DNA of 64,000 nt from Antedon mediterranea. Its lineage: Eukaryota > Animalia > Echinodermata. Positions 27,901-40,567 of this stretch are shown here, one piece after another (within the stretch, counting starts at the first letter, position 1; each line of letters starts with the position of its first letter). A program made the translations under genes and the position numbers. Under the pieces are notes generated by a model. That model was given only the letters and a program-made list of their open reading frames with translations. It did no database searches and was not told where the DNA came from. Location: assembly GCF_964355755.1 (NCBI RefSeq), contig NC_092680.1, positions 2,728,001 to 2,792,000 on the forward strand. Reading direction: 5' to 3'.

Positions 27901-28895
27901 TAGTGTGGCATGGACAGTACTGTACATGATGGCACCACCAAAGCAAAAGCTACGCGGCGGAAAATAGATAACTTGAATAAAAGCCATAAGGTTTAGAGCA
28001 AATAGCATGCACATGCCCGTGGTGGGAAGGATTTGGGAGAAAACATCAAGATGATGCCTACATGATCTTTTGTTTGTACATACAAGGGATGAAGGAGGCA
28101 TGATTACAACTGATAAGCTGTCAGAGTTAGCCAAGGACCGTTGTGGCTGGAGAAAGCTTGTAGTCGCCTGCTCCGCAGCCGACTGATGATGATGACAACA
28201 CATCATGACATTTGCTCCTAGACCCTTCCTATCAAGCATTGTGCAATGACATTTCTTGAGATATCAAGCTATTTGCGATATCTTATTACACATTTTTTAA
28301 GTAAATGAAAGATAATTAAATTATAATTACTTACTAAAATTAATATTTTGTTTAATAATTGTTTACAAAATAAAATATTTGAACTTAAAAGAAGATACTA
28401 GGCCCAATAAAATGTAGTTTACTCCCCCCACCAACCAGGTGGATGAATTATGTTCTTACCTGCCTGGCCTAGGCTAGTACTACTAGTACTAGGCCTAGGT
28501 AGGTAGGCCTACTAGGCCTCTAGCTAGGCTAGGCTAGTTAGGCCTAGTATTAGCCTGGCCCTAGCCTAGGCCTAGGCTAGTAGTAGTAGTGGGAGTAGGC
28601 CTAGTAGGCTAGCCTTTAGTACTACTAGGTCTAGGCCCAGCTAGGCTAATATGACCAGGCAGGGGCCTAGCCTACTAGACTAGACTACTTACTAGCCTAG
28701 GCTAGACTACTTACTAGCCTAGTAGGCTAGCCTACTTACTAGCCTAGTAGGCTAGCCTACCTGTCCTAGGCCTAGCCCTAGAGGGTAGGCTAGGCCTAGC
28801 CTAACCTAGCTAGAATGCAATTAACTTACATCAATAAACAGTCTTCCTGAGGGTGAAGCTGGAGGTGAAAAATAGGTACAAACTGGTGAAGCCAT
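24973..28895 (-). CDS. KLF11: Krueppel-like factor, KLF10/KLF11 (TIEG) ortholog (exons 28895-28830, 26939-26706, 26385-25565, 25236-24973)
   Basis: Sin3-interaction-like [15 protein letters not shown], three C2H2 fingers ([24 protein letters not shown]; [21 protein letters not shown]; [16 protein letters not shown]) and the KLF10/11-type tail [10 protein letters not shown]. It is a co-ortholog of KLF10 and KLF11. Confidence 0.93.
28075..28196 (+). mobile_element. RTE-clade LINE 3' end in KLF intron 1
   Basis: Encodes [22 protein letters not shown] followed directly by a (TGA)n tail. Confidence 0.7.
28460..28815. repeat. CTAG/AGGCCT-rich low-complexity tract at the start of KLF intron 1
   Basis: Dense ctaggcctag, gctagc and tagtacta words. 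Confidence 0.85.
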
Positions 28896-28959
28896 TGTAT
28901 GGCTCTGGAAACAACATAAAACGTTACTTGATATACACACTGGCCAGATCCTGCTACTT

Positions 28960-29300
28960 CTAAGTTCTATTATTACGACGTGCAGCAAACATATGATTAC
29001 TTGTTTCGGAAACGATAACCATCACGTTGGGCGTGAAAATGTCTCTGCCATTTCAAAACAAAAACATAAGCAGATGTAGGCGGGTCAAGGGGTCTAACCA
29101 ATCGGAGTAACCCATTATGGGGGCTTGCCCAATCAGCGACAAGCAGGCATTGAGATCATGCCTAGCATGCATGTTGCTGGGATGAATTGTGCATGATCTG
29201 GTAGTAAAGTGTCGTACTTAAAAAGCCACACACTGGCGTTTGATGTTTGCGCGCCACTCTTGTATGGATCAAAGTTTACGTCAGTTAAATCCCATGACTT
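28960..29300 (-). promoter_or_regulatory. Probable KLF10/11 proximal promoter
   Basis: Just upstream of exon 1: GC-box-like gggcgtg and aggcgggt, two CCAAT boxes (~29098, ~29129) and a CRE-like ttacgtca (~29276). Confidence 0.45.
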
Positions 29301-31411
29301 CCCATTAACAAAAATTACCTTCCTTTTTGTGTTTAGGCTTAGATCCATTGCCTTGTGGAAATATCAATCACTTTATTTTGTCCTCAACAGGAAACTATTT
29401 TTAGTATATTTTATAGTATACAAATATTATTATTATATATACATTACAATATTTAACACTATATATAAAACACTTTACTTTAAAATATGAAAGTCACAAA
29501 TTAGTAACTATAATTTAGATTTAGGTTCATGTTAAAAATATTAGCCCTGCGCATCATACCTCCTTTTTTTTCAATAAAAACTGAAATTGATAAAGTACGG
29601 TATATAGTTGTTTTATATTTTTGTATTATACGAAAAGAAGCCCATATTTTTTTAGTACTATTAAGTGGGCTTTTTTGTGAGATTGGATACTTTTCGAGAC
29701 TACTTTTGCAAACTAAATGACTGCTGTAAATTTTGTGAACTGCTAGCTACTAGAATAATAGAATTTTTGGGACATTACCTGCCATTTATGCATTTGAGAA
29801 GCCCATATTATCTTGAAAAGAAGTGGGCTTCATTTCGAGATTAATTTTGTCGACTAAAAGAGGGGAGATTTTTTTCGAAAACAAGCCCAGGGGACTTTCT
29901 TTTCCAGGTTTTACTAACGTCTTTGTTTTACATTGTTTGTTGTTAAATGAATTGAAAAATACATCACTCCTTTGGCTTCAGTATCCAGGGTGATCCATGA
30001 TTTTGGATTTTTGGGGACAGGGGTAGGCAGTATATAGTGAGATATTTCCCTCTCATATACCAAGTATTGTATCGTTTTATGTACAAGAAGTGCTTTAAAA
30101 ATGACTGCATGAAGCCGTTTAAGCTGTACAGTACAACTTTATTTAACATACATTAAGCCAACATATTTTCATTAACATTCAGCGAACGGTACACCGTGAT
30201 TGGTCACTTTGGTGTCCCTGTATGCAACACATGATACAGTTTTGCTGGTTTATTGGCAAATATCACTAATTATTGAGAAAAACATTTTATAATAATGATC
30301 GACGATGATAGTAAACATACTCTACAGTAATAACATTATTTACTAGTTGTGCTATCAACAATGCATTGGTAACGTGCACTTTAAGAAATTCTTCAACAAT
30401 TCAACTAGAGTCCAGTGCTTTTAAAAGAGGCTAATAGTAAAACAATTATTCATTTGGTTCTTGGGCAGTGACTCAAAATTTCAGCAAATGTTTAAATCAA
30501 ATGCAATACGGTTTACATTAATGTTTTCATTTTAGGGCCGTACCAACAAACAAAGTGGTGCGTTGCAGGTGAGATCTAGGAACCTGGTACCCCCTGTAAT
30601 ATATAATTTTATCGTACTGTACTATATACTGTATAATTAAAAATGTATTCGATTTGTAATGTTAGATTTCTCAGTGGTAAAGAGTAATGTGTATATAAAG
30701 TATAGGTGGACCTCTTTGATGTGTGGCTACAGCCCTGCAATGCTTAAAATAGACATTGTTTTCATATCCATCACGGTTTTAAGTTTGATGCAATTTTATT
30801 CACTCGGAGTAATAGTAATTGACAATGACATGCTAATTTATAATCGGAATTCAATCCAACTTGCTGTATAGTGCTAAAATAATAAAAGACAAAACTAAAC
30901 AACCGCCTATATAATTGTTACTATACCTTAAATACTTTTGAACTACCTAATATGTATTATACATTAATTGTATCAGCTGCAGTATAACATATATATGCAG
31001 ACCCAGGTATAAGTTAATAATCATACACAGTATAGACTAGTGTTAAAGTGGTTTTAATTTTTGTAAAATATATTAAAGATCCCAAATACATAGATTAACT
31101 ATACTATATACCACAGTATAATACCAAGTCTGTTCAAATTCATTAATGTTTTTAACATTTCGGAAGTTTAAAGTGTTTGGTAAAATCACTGCAACGATTG
31201 AAAAAAGAAATAATACTATCAAATAAGATTTCAAAAATATTAACTATTCCAAGGATGAATTTGTAAATTCGTCGGTGGAATGCTACATCATAAATACCTA
31301 GCTCTTGGATTCGAATAAACTCAAAACCACACTCATATATAATTATACTTTGTACAAGAAAAAAAACCCCAAAAATTAAGAATAGACTATGTTATTGTTG
31401 ATAATCAGCTA

Positions 31412-34400
31412 TTAGGCCCTAATATGATTAGTAGGCGATTGGCATAAAAGGCGTTCATCCTCAAAAGCAAAGCTGATGCCGCCTTCGTCGCCGTCCGCTG
31501 TGAGGCGTTTGTGGTACTTGATGGCTTGTTTCTTGGCAAATTCCTTGTTTTCTTGTTGTAACATCTCCTGCATTGATGATCTGTTGTAGAAAACAATGCC
31601 ACAATTAACTTCGTTTGTAATTTTTATTGCTCTCCAAAACAAAGCAGACAAAAAAAATCAATGTGGTTCCCAATAGAGTCCCACACAACCAAGTTCCACC
31701 CATGACAAGACATTGTATGTAAAGTGTGGACAAAAAATAAAAAGGGCACTATTAAAAACTATTGTAAACAATGGGTATTTCAGGCAATTTCTGTGTTACA
31801 TACCAATGTGCATAATTGGGATATTTTGGTAAACCAAAACAATTTTGAGAAATTGCATCTTTAGCGGTCAATCGAAATATCAATTATTGGTAAGTCTGAA
31901 TATATTGCCATGTTGTTTTCATGAGAACCAAGAAGTTGTGCTAGTATGCCGGTATTTGGGCAATAGTGTTAACATAAATTACACATTCTCAATACCAGAC
32001 ATATTTGGCCAGCCTAAAGGTGTCCGGTATTAGGGGAGTTGACCAATGTTTCTGGGTTATTTAAGCATTTTGAAACATCTTATGGTAGTGATGTGCCAAA
32101 ATACGGTAGTGATATGACATCATGTCATATATGGGCACATAACATTTGTTTTGTCACATAAAGTTTGATAGTGTAGACAGAGCTTTATAGCTATATACAG
32201 AAAAAGTGTACACATAATTTGTAGGCCTGCTTTAGTTCACTTCCCTGTGGTAACGTATGGGTCGTGAGTGGAATCAGGCCAGGTTACTCTTCCCTCTTGT
32301 ATTGCAGACTGGTAAACATATCTACCAGCCTGCCTTTGTGGAGAGGGTGAAAGAATAAATGGTGCATGAACTTTGACATGTCGCTTACCTCAACTTATTT
32401 GGGAGCACATAATACAACACAGGTCGCTTGAAACCATTGAACTCCGACCCTGCACACACAGTGTAAGCTCCCATATCTAAAATAAATAAATAACAAAACA
32501 TGACGCTCAATCATAACTGTATATTGTGGGTGCAAAGATCTTGTATATATATATAAACAGTGTTACATAATTTGCATTTTTGTAGGCCTGCTTTAGTTCA
32601 CTTCCCTGTGGTAACGTATGGGTCGTGAGTGGAATCAGGCCAGGTTACTCTTCCCTCTTGTATTGCAGACCGGTAAACATATCTACCAGCCTGCCTTTGT
32701 GGAGAGGGTGAAAGTAAAATGTACTGTAAATATTCTTACCTTTGAATATAATCCATTCGCCAACCTGAAGCTCAGCCATGGTTGTGTGTTCGATGATTCT
32801 GTCCAGGCCATCACAAGACGGACCCCAGATGCTAGTGAAGTATTCCAGCTCATCAGTATGATCCTAAAATAAATTATGAAATAATCCTAAACTCAAGAAA
32901 AATGACCCGAGTGCAGTCAAGAACTGTGGTAAAAAGTCTTAAACACTACCTAAATATCAATCCAATATAACATTATTAAGGAATATCAAATACATTAAAA
33001 GATGGTTAAAGCTCTGTCTACGCTATCAAAAAATGTAATGTGCCCATATGGACATGATGTCATATCACTACCATATTTGGGCATACAACTCCCATATTTG
33101 GGTACATCATCAATTTTCATTTAAGAATTGGGTCACCCCACTGAAACGGTTGCATGAACTTTCCAGTCTGCCATTAAGTTTCAGATAGACACTCCAAACC
33201 ACTCGGCGAATGCTTATTGCATAAATATTTACACTCCAACTATAAATGTATTATCATTAGTAAGCAATTGAATTAATAAAACAATATGGTTGTGTATTTT
33301 TTTTTATATATTGCAACTTAATCTATCCAATCCTAACAGATTGGCTAAATTTCTATCTTGCCATTTTATAGTGCCACGTTATATTTTGTGGTTCTATTGC
33401 AAAAATCATGTTCAGAATTTGGCGAGGGGCTGGTGACTGGGGCATTCAAAAACCAATTTGTAATGTGTTCCATCTACAATCTGTTCTACATCTAAAATGA
33501 AACGCATTAGCCCATTCTTCTTAGTTTAAATGTATGTGTATTGTTTCTGGGGTCTTTCTCGAGACCAGAAACTTGTTTTCTTCTATGTTTACATTTATGT
33601 ACACACCTATAATTATATGTGACCCGATCTGGCAAAACCCTCTCTTTGTCGGCAATTCAAAATTCACGTAATCAGTCAAAATACGTCCAAATCGACTACC
33701 CTGGCAGATTACATGTTTTTGCATTTTCGAAATATTTCACTATCTAAGAATACGTCTACCTGATTTAAACTCCCGAAATTTAACTAAAATTATGAAAAAA
33801 GAGAGTTTTAAAAACATGTATTTTCCTCAAGCCTAACAATTTATTCACGATCTACGCTAAAATTTTGCGTAAATTCAGTTGAAAGTTGCCGAGTTTTACG
33901 ACATTTTGATCGCCAGTTCGCTGCACAATGTTGAAAGGTCACACATCAAAATAAAGCTCATCCATTTGACATTCCAAATATGGAAGTTTTAGGGCGGAGT
34001 TTAAAGAAGGAACCAATGAAAACTTTGATTTACTATGACATCATTTCAGAAAATTCGGTTCTTCGAAGTTTCTGGAACAGCGAACTGCGTGTGTTGCTAT
34101 GGCGCATCATCGCAATAACAAACGTTATTGGTCAACGCGCTAGATGTTATACGCTCTACGCGCGGAAATAAAAAGTTGTTTACATTTTTGTGAGGTTATT
34201 TTTATTGTACACACAGCATGTCGTAAATTGGAATAAAAACGATTTTAATATTCAAAGTAAAGTGTTCTGCAATAGCTGTAGTGTGTATTTGTTTATTCCA
34301 TAGTAAAATAGACAAGTCAAAAACAATTCACGTCATAAATTCAATTGTATTTTCTATATTTTTTTGGGCTAGTAGGCCTAATTTTATTATGTTGTAGGCC

Positions 34401-37400
34401 TACTACTACTGGGCCTAGCTTTATATTATTGTCAATAGTTTTATTTATACATTTTATATATCCAATCGGCTCTTAATCATTTATTTAATTTATTGTCCAT
34501 TCCTTTCATATTAAATGTTTTTTTAAATCATTGGATTCAAGCCCAAACATCACAGCGAATCTTCCACGTTATAAAAAAAAACAAATGTAATCGTCAATAC
34601 AGTGTAATGTTAGCTTGCAATTAGCTGTGACTCTGCAAGGCGCCTAACTTGTCTAGACTAACGCTAGCCCCCGTGTCGATGCACCGCTGCCATACACGGC
34701 CTGATGAACACCCATCATCAGTAGGTCTTAATACAGGCGATGACGGCGAAAATCTGAATAGGCGCGCCTAGGCCTAGGCCTGCTTGGTTTTTTGCCGTTG
34801 ATATCGTAAACACTTCCGAAACCAGTTAACATTAGCTTGGTAGTTATAATGCTGCTTTTCAATAGTGCAAAATAGTTAATTCGAGTGACTAAATAGGTTA
34901 AAACGGCGTCTGAAATCAGTCAAATTGACCATAGTGTCCACGCTGCTGCTATATCGCACACACTTCCTGGTATGACGTCATTGTGCCTTAGACCAAAATA
35001 GCGCGTTGCTACGGAGTGAGTTTTCAGCGCGTATCAAAAAGAATTTCATTGCAAACTTCAAACGCGATTTTCTCGTAAACTAATTGAATGATTTGTAAGT
35101 TTTTAAAATATAATAACTTTTTAAATATTTACTCAATTTTTATGAAATAAACACCATTGCAAAGCTTATGATTCAAATAATCCAAATATATAAAAAAATA
35201 CAAAATGAATATTTCCGACAAAAGTAGGGTTTTGCCAGATCGGGTCACATATTATACTGTATAATGCTATTGTGGAATAAATAAATGTTTTTTGAACTTG
35301 AACTTGAACTGCTTTAAAAACTCGTAAATATTCATTTCTTTCTACACTTACAGTTAAAGTGATTGGTTCAACAACTGCGTGATCGTAGAGTAGACAGTTG
35401 AAAGATCCGTATACCCCGTCGTTCACATAGTACATGTAAGCAGGTTCCTCGCATTTGTTTGGCGCAACAGTGTTGGAAACAAGGTCTGGAAAAGAGCAAT
35501 AACACAATGATTATTATTTATTCGACATGTACATATGAGAGGGTTCATTCGATGTTCATTTCAAGGTGGTAACCCTGTTCACAAGCTTGACTAACATTAT
35601 CATAAAAATCTGGAATCATACAAGATTCAAACCCAAGTGTCTGGGATCAGTAGGAGAGTTCTAAGCAAGATATAATTTGGCTTTGTTTGGCTCAGCTAGA
35701 TATTGAGTACATTTGTGACTTTATCATCAATCATATCAGATAGGGCAAGTCAAATATCTCATCATTGCACAAACTAGGGTATAGTAACATGCAGGCATAA
35801 CTAAAGTTTTAGATCTGGATTTATATATGTATTATTCATTATCTAATGTACTTAAGCTCTGTCTGCACTATCAAACTGGATGTGACAATATATGGACATG
35901 ATGATGTCATCAGGACCACACTTTTTTTGTCAAACTAGTTTGTTAGTGTATATATAGCTTTAGATTCTGCTAAGAATGGGATAAATTAAAATTATTTTGT
36001 GTGGGATTTCGACTCTTTAATTGTTGCATAATCTTAATGAGCCTAGTCTTAAATAGTCAAAAAAAAAAAAAAAATGACTGATTATCTAAAATGTCATACC
36101 TTTTGATTCAGGCACTTCAAATGTTTTGATGTCACGGGAAACAATACGCTTAGCAGTGACGTTCACAGCGAGAGTGAAGGCAGATGCCACAAAGTAACGA
36201 CCAGGCTCAGCGATCACACGGACGCCACAGTCGTTAGGGAAATACTCGCCCAAGGCACAGTTGATTACGTCTGCAAACTGAATTAAATTATTCCATTATA
36301 GTTTTCATTTTCAAAACTTTTTATTTATATGGGGATAATTTAGAATTATTCAGAATAATAAGAAACAGAGCTATTGCCTCCTAAACACAACAAAAACTTG
36401 CACTATTTAAGCTGGCCACATTTTAATACATGTTTCACCATACACCTATTTTATAATGTATTTTTTAGACCAATTTATGTTGACGATCACAGATAATATT
36501 TATAGTCGGCATGCATTGTGTATCATTCCTTTAAATAAAAAACCTGCTGTACCTCTTCAAAAGCTATCGGAGCACTTGCTTGACCTGGAAATCCGCCGCC
36601 AATGTCTAGCAAATCCATGTGATAACCCATGTAATCAGCGATATCAAATATTTCACGAGCTGATGCAATTGCTTTTGTGTAAGCACTAGAATCGCGACAG
36701 CCACTGCCAACGTGAAAGCTGAAATAAAAACGGGAAATTAATACAATGGTTTATCTACACAGACAAAATGAAACGAAAATTGGAAATGAAACAATCGGAC
36801 CTATCCTGTATTATCGCTGGCCTAATTTTGAATACACAACATTTTGCTTCATGGTGCCACAGCTGATATTCCCATAAGCAGCAAACATCACATAATGTCT
36901 TAACTAAAATTGTCATCAATTTCAAGGCTAAAATAGAACCGTAACACCAATCATTTTAACAGCTTACTAATTATCTAGTTTGTTTGGCTCAGATAAATTA
37001 TGAGTACATTTGTGACTTTATCTTCAATTAAATCAGATAGGGCAAGTCAAATATATCATCACAGCTCAAACGCCAAAGAAAGAATTTTTAAATGTTTAAA
37101 ATAAATGCTGAATTTAAATATAATATTCAAATTAGAATTGTTAATTTTATATATACAATTATAATAAATAATTTTATTTTTCAGTCAAATAAATATTTTT
37201 ATATAACTGAATATGGAAAAAAACAAAAATATTTTACCTAACGCCAATAACATTGAGATCAAGCTGCATGGCAACCTGTAGTAGATAGCGAGCATGCTTA
37301 GGGTGGCAGCCATATTTTAGGCCTAGCTGGCATTGAGCTGTAGTGTCGTCAGTTAAAATGCGAAGCACTAATCTGCAAGATAAAACACACATGTCAGCAT

Positions 37401-39660
37401 TATTAATGCATGTCAACTTTGTTGAATCAATAATTTATGCTTATAATATTTCTTGGCTCAGCTAGATATTTGAGTACATTTGTGACTTTATCATCAACAA
37501 AATACAGATAGGGCAAGTCAAATATCTCATCACAGCTCAAACACTATCAAAATAATTTGTAATACTTTGTCTGGCTATTAAACTCTGTATGCACTATCAA
37601 ACTAGTTTAACAGTGTCATGTGCCCAAATATAGTAGTGATATGACATCATGTCCATATATGGGCACATCACGTTTTTTTTGTTACATGAAGTTTGATCGT
37701 GTAGACAGAGCTTTATTCAAGTCTAGTGGTCTAGTGAAAAAAAAATTGGCAAGGACAATGTCATTCATAAAGTTACGTACTTTGCAGCTGGATACACCCT
37801 TTTTATCTTGTGCAGCTCGTCTTCATTGTCAAAGGTCATCATTGAAACGTTGGTGTCACAAGCGTACTTTAGATGAGATTTCTGCTTGCAAGGGTTTGCA
37901 AAGATGATACGCGATGGAGACACACTCAACTCCAGCATAGTTTTAATTTCATTCTAAAAATAAAATTATTTTTGTTAAATGACGATAAATATTTTGTAGT
38001 GAAAAAAATGTTTCATAAAAGCATCATCACAAGTGAACGACGTAAATTATCATTCAAGCGACAAAACTAGAATTGGACAATCTGCTGCGACGATTAGGAG
38101 AATTGAGATCTTGCAGTCAAGAACTTTTTAAACAATTTGTCTAGAGTTAACAAAGTTCTAAAGAAAGTTCAGTTTCAGAGATGACTTATCTTATGTATAT
38201 CTAAAGTTTAATGGTATTGTTTGTGGCTCAGAAAAGATTTGAGGTTAGACTTTATCATCATAGAATAACAGTTAGGGCAAGTCAAATCTATCATCAACGC
38301 TACTGTAAGCACAATCACGGTTTGATCATTTTTTATGACTAAAACCATTGGCTCCTAATCACGCAGGCAAATTATCTATGCAATATTTATGGCGCTGTGA
38401 CTATTACCTTGCTGGCACAGTCAAATCCAGTTCCAAGTGCTGCCAGTGTGGCCAGAACCGCAGGATCTGGGTTACATTTCACAGCTAAAAAAAAAACACA
38501 CATAAATATAACACTATAATAAAAATTTTATGAAGCCAGAACTCATTATATGGCGATAATCTACATTTACGTCAGAAGCTACTATTCGTGTCATTGACAT
38601 TTTTTTTATCAAAATCAAACAAATAATAAATTAATACAATGGAATACATAATAAGCATGATTGCCTTAAACATGTAATGTATATATATGATTAGTTAGTA
38701 AGCAATAACCCAATCAATTTAATTTTTATATAGATGAAAAGAAAACCAATATAGCTATTTACCATAATGTGGCTCTACCCGAGGAAGTAGTCTCCTCCAG
38801 CGGGTAAATTTTTTAATGACATCACCCATGTCACAGATGAAAAATGGATCGTCTTGGTCCTAAAAACATAAAAATACAAAAGTAGATTTAATGTAAAAAT
38901 TGCAAACATTTTGTTTTTTTTTAAACTAATATATAACTAACTATAAATAAATTCACAAAATACTGATGTCTAATGTCCTTTTAAACTACAGACAAAAAAG
39001 TGTAATGAGCTCAAATATGGTAGTGATATACTCAAATATGGTAGTGATATGCTCAAATATGCTAGTGATATGCTCAAATATGGTAGTGATATGCTCAAAT
39101 ATGGTAGTGATATGCTCAAATATGGTAGTGATATGCTCAAATATGGTAGTGATATGCTCAAATATGGTAGTGATATGCTCAAATATGGTAGTGATATGCT
39201 CAAATATGGTAGTGATATGCTCAAATATGGTAGCAATATGACATGATTGTGTTCATATATCGGCATATCACATATTGTTATAATACGATGACAAAATTAG
39301 AATATTTTTCATTTTTTATTTTAAAGACATAATAAATTTATTTATTATAATAATTAATTAAGGAAAGTTGTTTAATAAACCAAAATTTAAGGAAAAAAAA
39401 TGTCGACCAGAACTTGTCTGGAAGGATGTTTTTTTATTACTATTTTTAAAAAAGAAATAATTATTTTTACAGCATCAAAACTACAAAATGATTTTAAATT
39501 AATTAACCCTTTTTTCTGACATTATATCTTTACTTGTTATATAATACATATAATTTACCTCTCTGTCATCATGGTTGTGAACCATTTCACTGACTATTTG
39601 GCGAATAGTTTTACGACTATCATGAGTCTTGATTGAAAATGATGCAGTGGTCAAATCCAT
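31412..39660 (-). CDS. ODC1: Ornithine decarboxylase (coding exons 39660-39559, 38859-38763, 38484-38408, 37953-37781, 37372-37238, 36718-36553, 36277-36100, 35485-35352, 32863-32740, 32476-32389, 31580-31412)
   Basis: PHYAVKCN (PLP lysine), [68 protein letters not shown] and MGAYT; the frame is open across all GT-AG junctions. Confidence 0.95.
32217..32350 (-). ncRNA. Intronic H/ACA snoRNA, copy 1 (last ODC intron)
   Basis: Hairpin 1 (ccctct...agaggg; upper stem gcaggctggta/taccagtctgc), H box AGAGTA, hairpin 2 (ggcctg...caggcc), then ACA plus 3 nt; sense to the host gene. Confidence 0.82.
32578..32711 (-). ncRNA. Intronic H/ACA snoRNA, copy 2 (penultimate ODC intron)
   Basis: Nearly identical to copy 1; the one internal change I can see converts a U-A pair to U-G. 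Confidence 0.82.
33618..35249. mobile_element. Non-autonomous DNA transposon with TIRs, TA-flanked, in an ODC intron
   Basis: ta|tgtgacccgatctggcaaaaccct ... agggttttgccagatcgggtcaca|ta; no coding capacity seen; superfamily unassigned. Confidence 0.8.
35685..35774 (-). ncRNA. C/D box snoRNA, SNORD103/SNORD85-like, copy A
   Basis: - strand: terminal stem gtttg/caaac, C box ATGATGA, guide GACTTGCCCT, D' CTGA, C' TGATGA, D CTGA. Confidence 0.88.
36982..37071 (-). ncRNA. C/D box snoRNA, SNORD103/SNORD85-like, copy B
   Basis: C box GTGATGA, same guide, D' CTGA, D CTGA, terminal stem. Confidence 0.88.
37453..37541 (-). ncRNA. C/D box snoRNA, SNORD103/SNORD85-like, copy C
   Basis: C box GTGATGA, same guide, D' CTGT, D CTGA; ends about 80 nt from the 3' splice site. 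Confidence 0.86.
38223..38303 (-). ncRNA. C/D box snoRNA, SNORD103/SNORD85-like, diverged copy D
   Basis: C box TTGATGA, guide GACTTGCCCT kept, D' CTGT, C' ATGATGA, D CTGA, terminal stem gtagc/gccac. Confidence 0.8.
39008..39240. repeat. 21-bp tandem expansion (gctcaaatatggtagtgatat, about 11 units) inside a family A MITE
   Basis: Directly visible; the unit equals the MITE core motif. Confidence 0.92.
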
Positions 39661-39899
39661 TATTACACTAAATTCACAATAAATGCACAAAGTGGCTAAA
39701 CACAGTTACAGATAATAGGGCCTACTAGCTAATACGCAAAAGCCTGCAAAACAAACAAAAATAACAATAAATTATTAGCATTTGCCATCTAGAACACTAG
39801 ACTTACAGAATTACATTTTTATATAATGTATATATTTATGATCTTATAAAAAAACTGGCGACATGGTAAACATCAATTTATTTGCGAGACATAAAGTTG

Positions 39900-40055
39900 A
39901 ACATCATGATATGATCAATAGTTGACCATCATAATATGGTCAGTAGTTGACCATCATGATTTGGTCAGTAGTTGACCACCATGATTTGGTCAGTAGATGA
40001 CAGTCATGATATGGTCTGTAGTTGTTGACCATCATGATATAGTCTGCAGTTGACC
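39900..40055. repeat. ~22-bp degenerate tandem repeat (catcatgatatggtcagtagttgac)
   Basis: About 7 imperfect units in ODC intron 2. Confidence 0.75.
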
Positions 40056-40567
40056 TATAAGAGCGTGAAATGGTACTCTGCTATTTCATTTGCAAGTTCA
40101 AAATTTCATGTCTTCATATGGAAATCTACCTCCTAGCAGGCATTATTAATCTTTGCAGGTGGGCCATATATATTATTTTTAATTATCATACAACCAAGTG
40201 CTAGGTGTTCAAATGCAATAACTCCTTAGTGAGAATATACAGACTTAAATAAAATCTGAAAACAAATAAATACATAAAATGTCTCGCTTATCAAAAAATA
40301 CAGAATATAAAAACACGACATTTAATAATTAGGCACAACTTTGTATGCCGTTAAAAAAAAAACAACAAAGAAATTGACATTCTATCAGACGAAAAAAATC
40401 ATATTAAGCATCACCAATTTATTTTAAAAATAATTTGAAGGTTGATGTTTAAGTATTTATATGCTTTGGTCTTTGTAGCACAATTATGATTAATTTTTTT
40501 TGCACTATATTAATACTAATTGCTATACTTACACTGCAAAGTGAAAAATCTGATCCTTTAGCAAATA

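Noticed and set aside
32240-32256. TCCCTGTGGTAAC on the + strand is complementary to a conserved 28S rRNA segment
   Set aside because: It is antisense to the host transcript with no flanking C/D boxes; treated as coincidence within the H/ACA hairpin.
34695-34730. CTGATGA motif as a second hammerhead (also ~42233)
   Set aside because: No stem II followed by GAAA and no closing stems.
38966-39266. Heptad-repeat ORFs on both strands
   Set aside because: By-product of a 21-bp tandem expansion inside a MITE.
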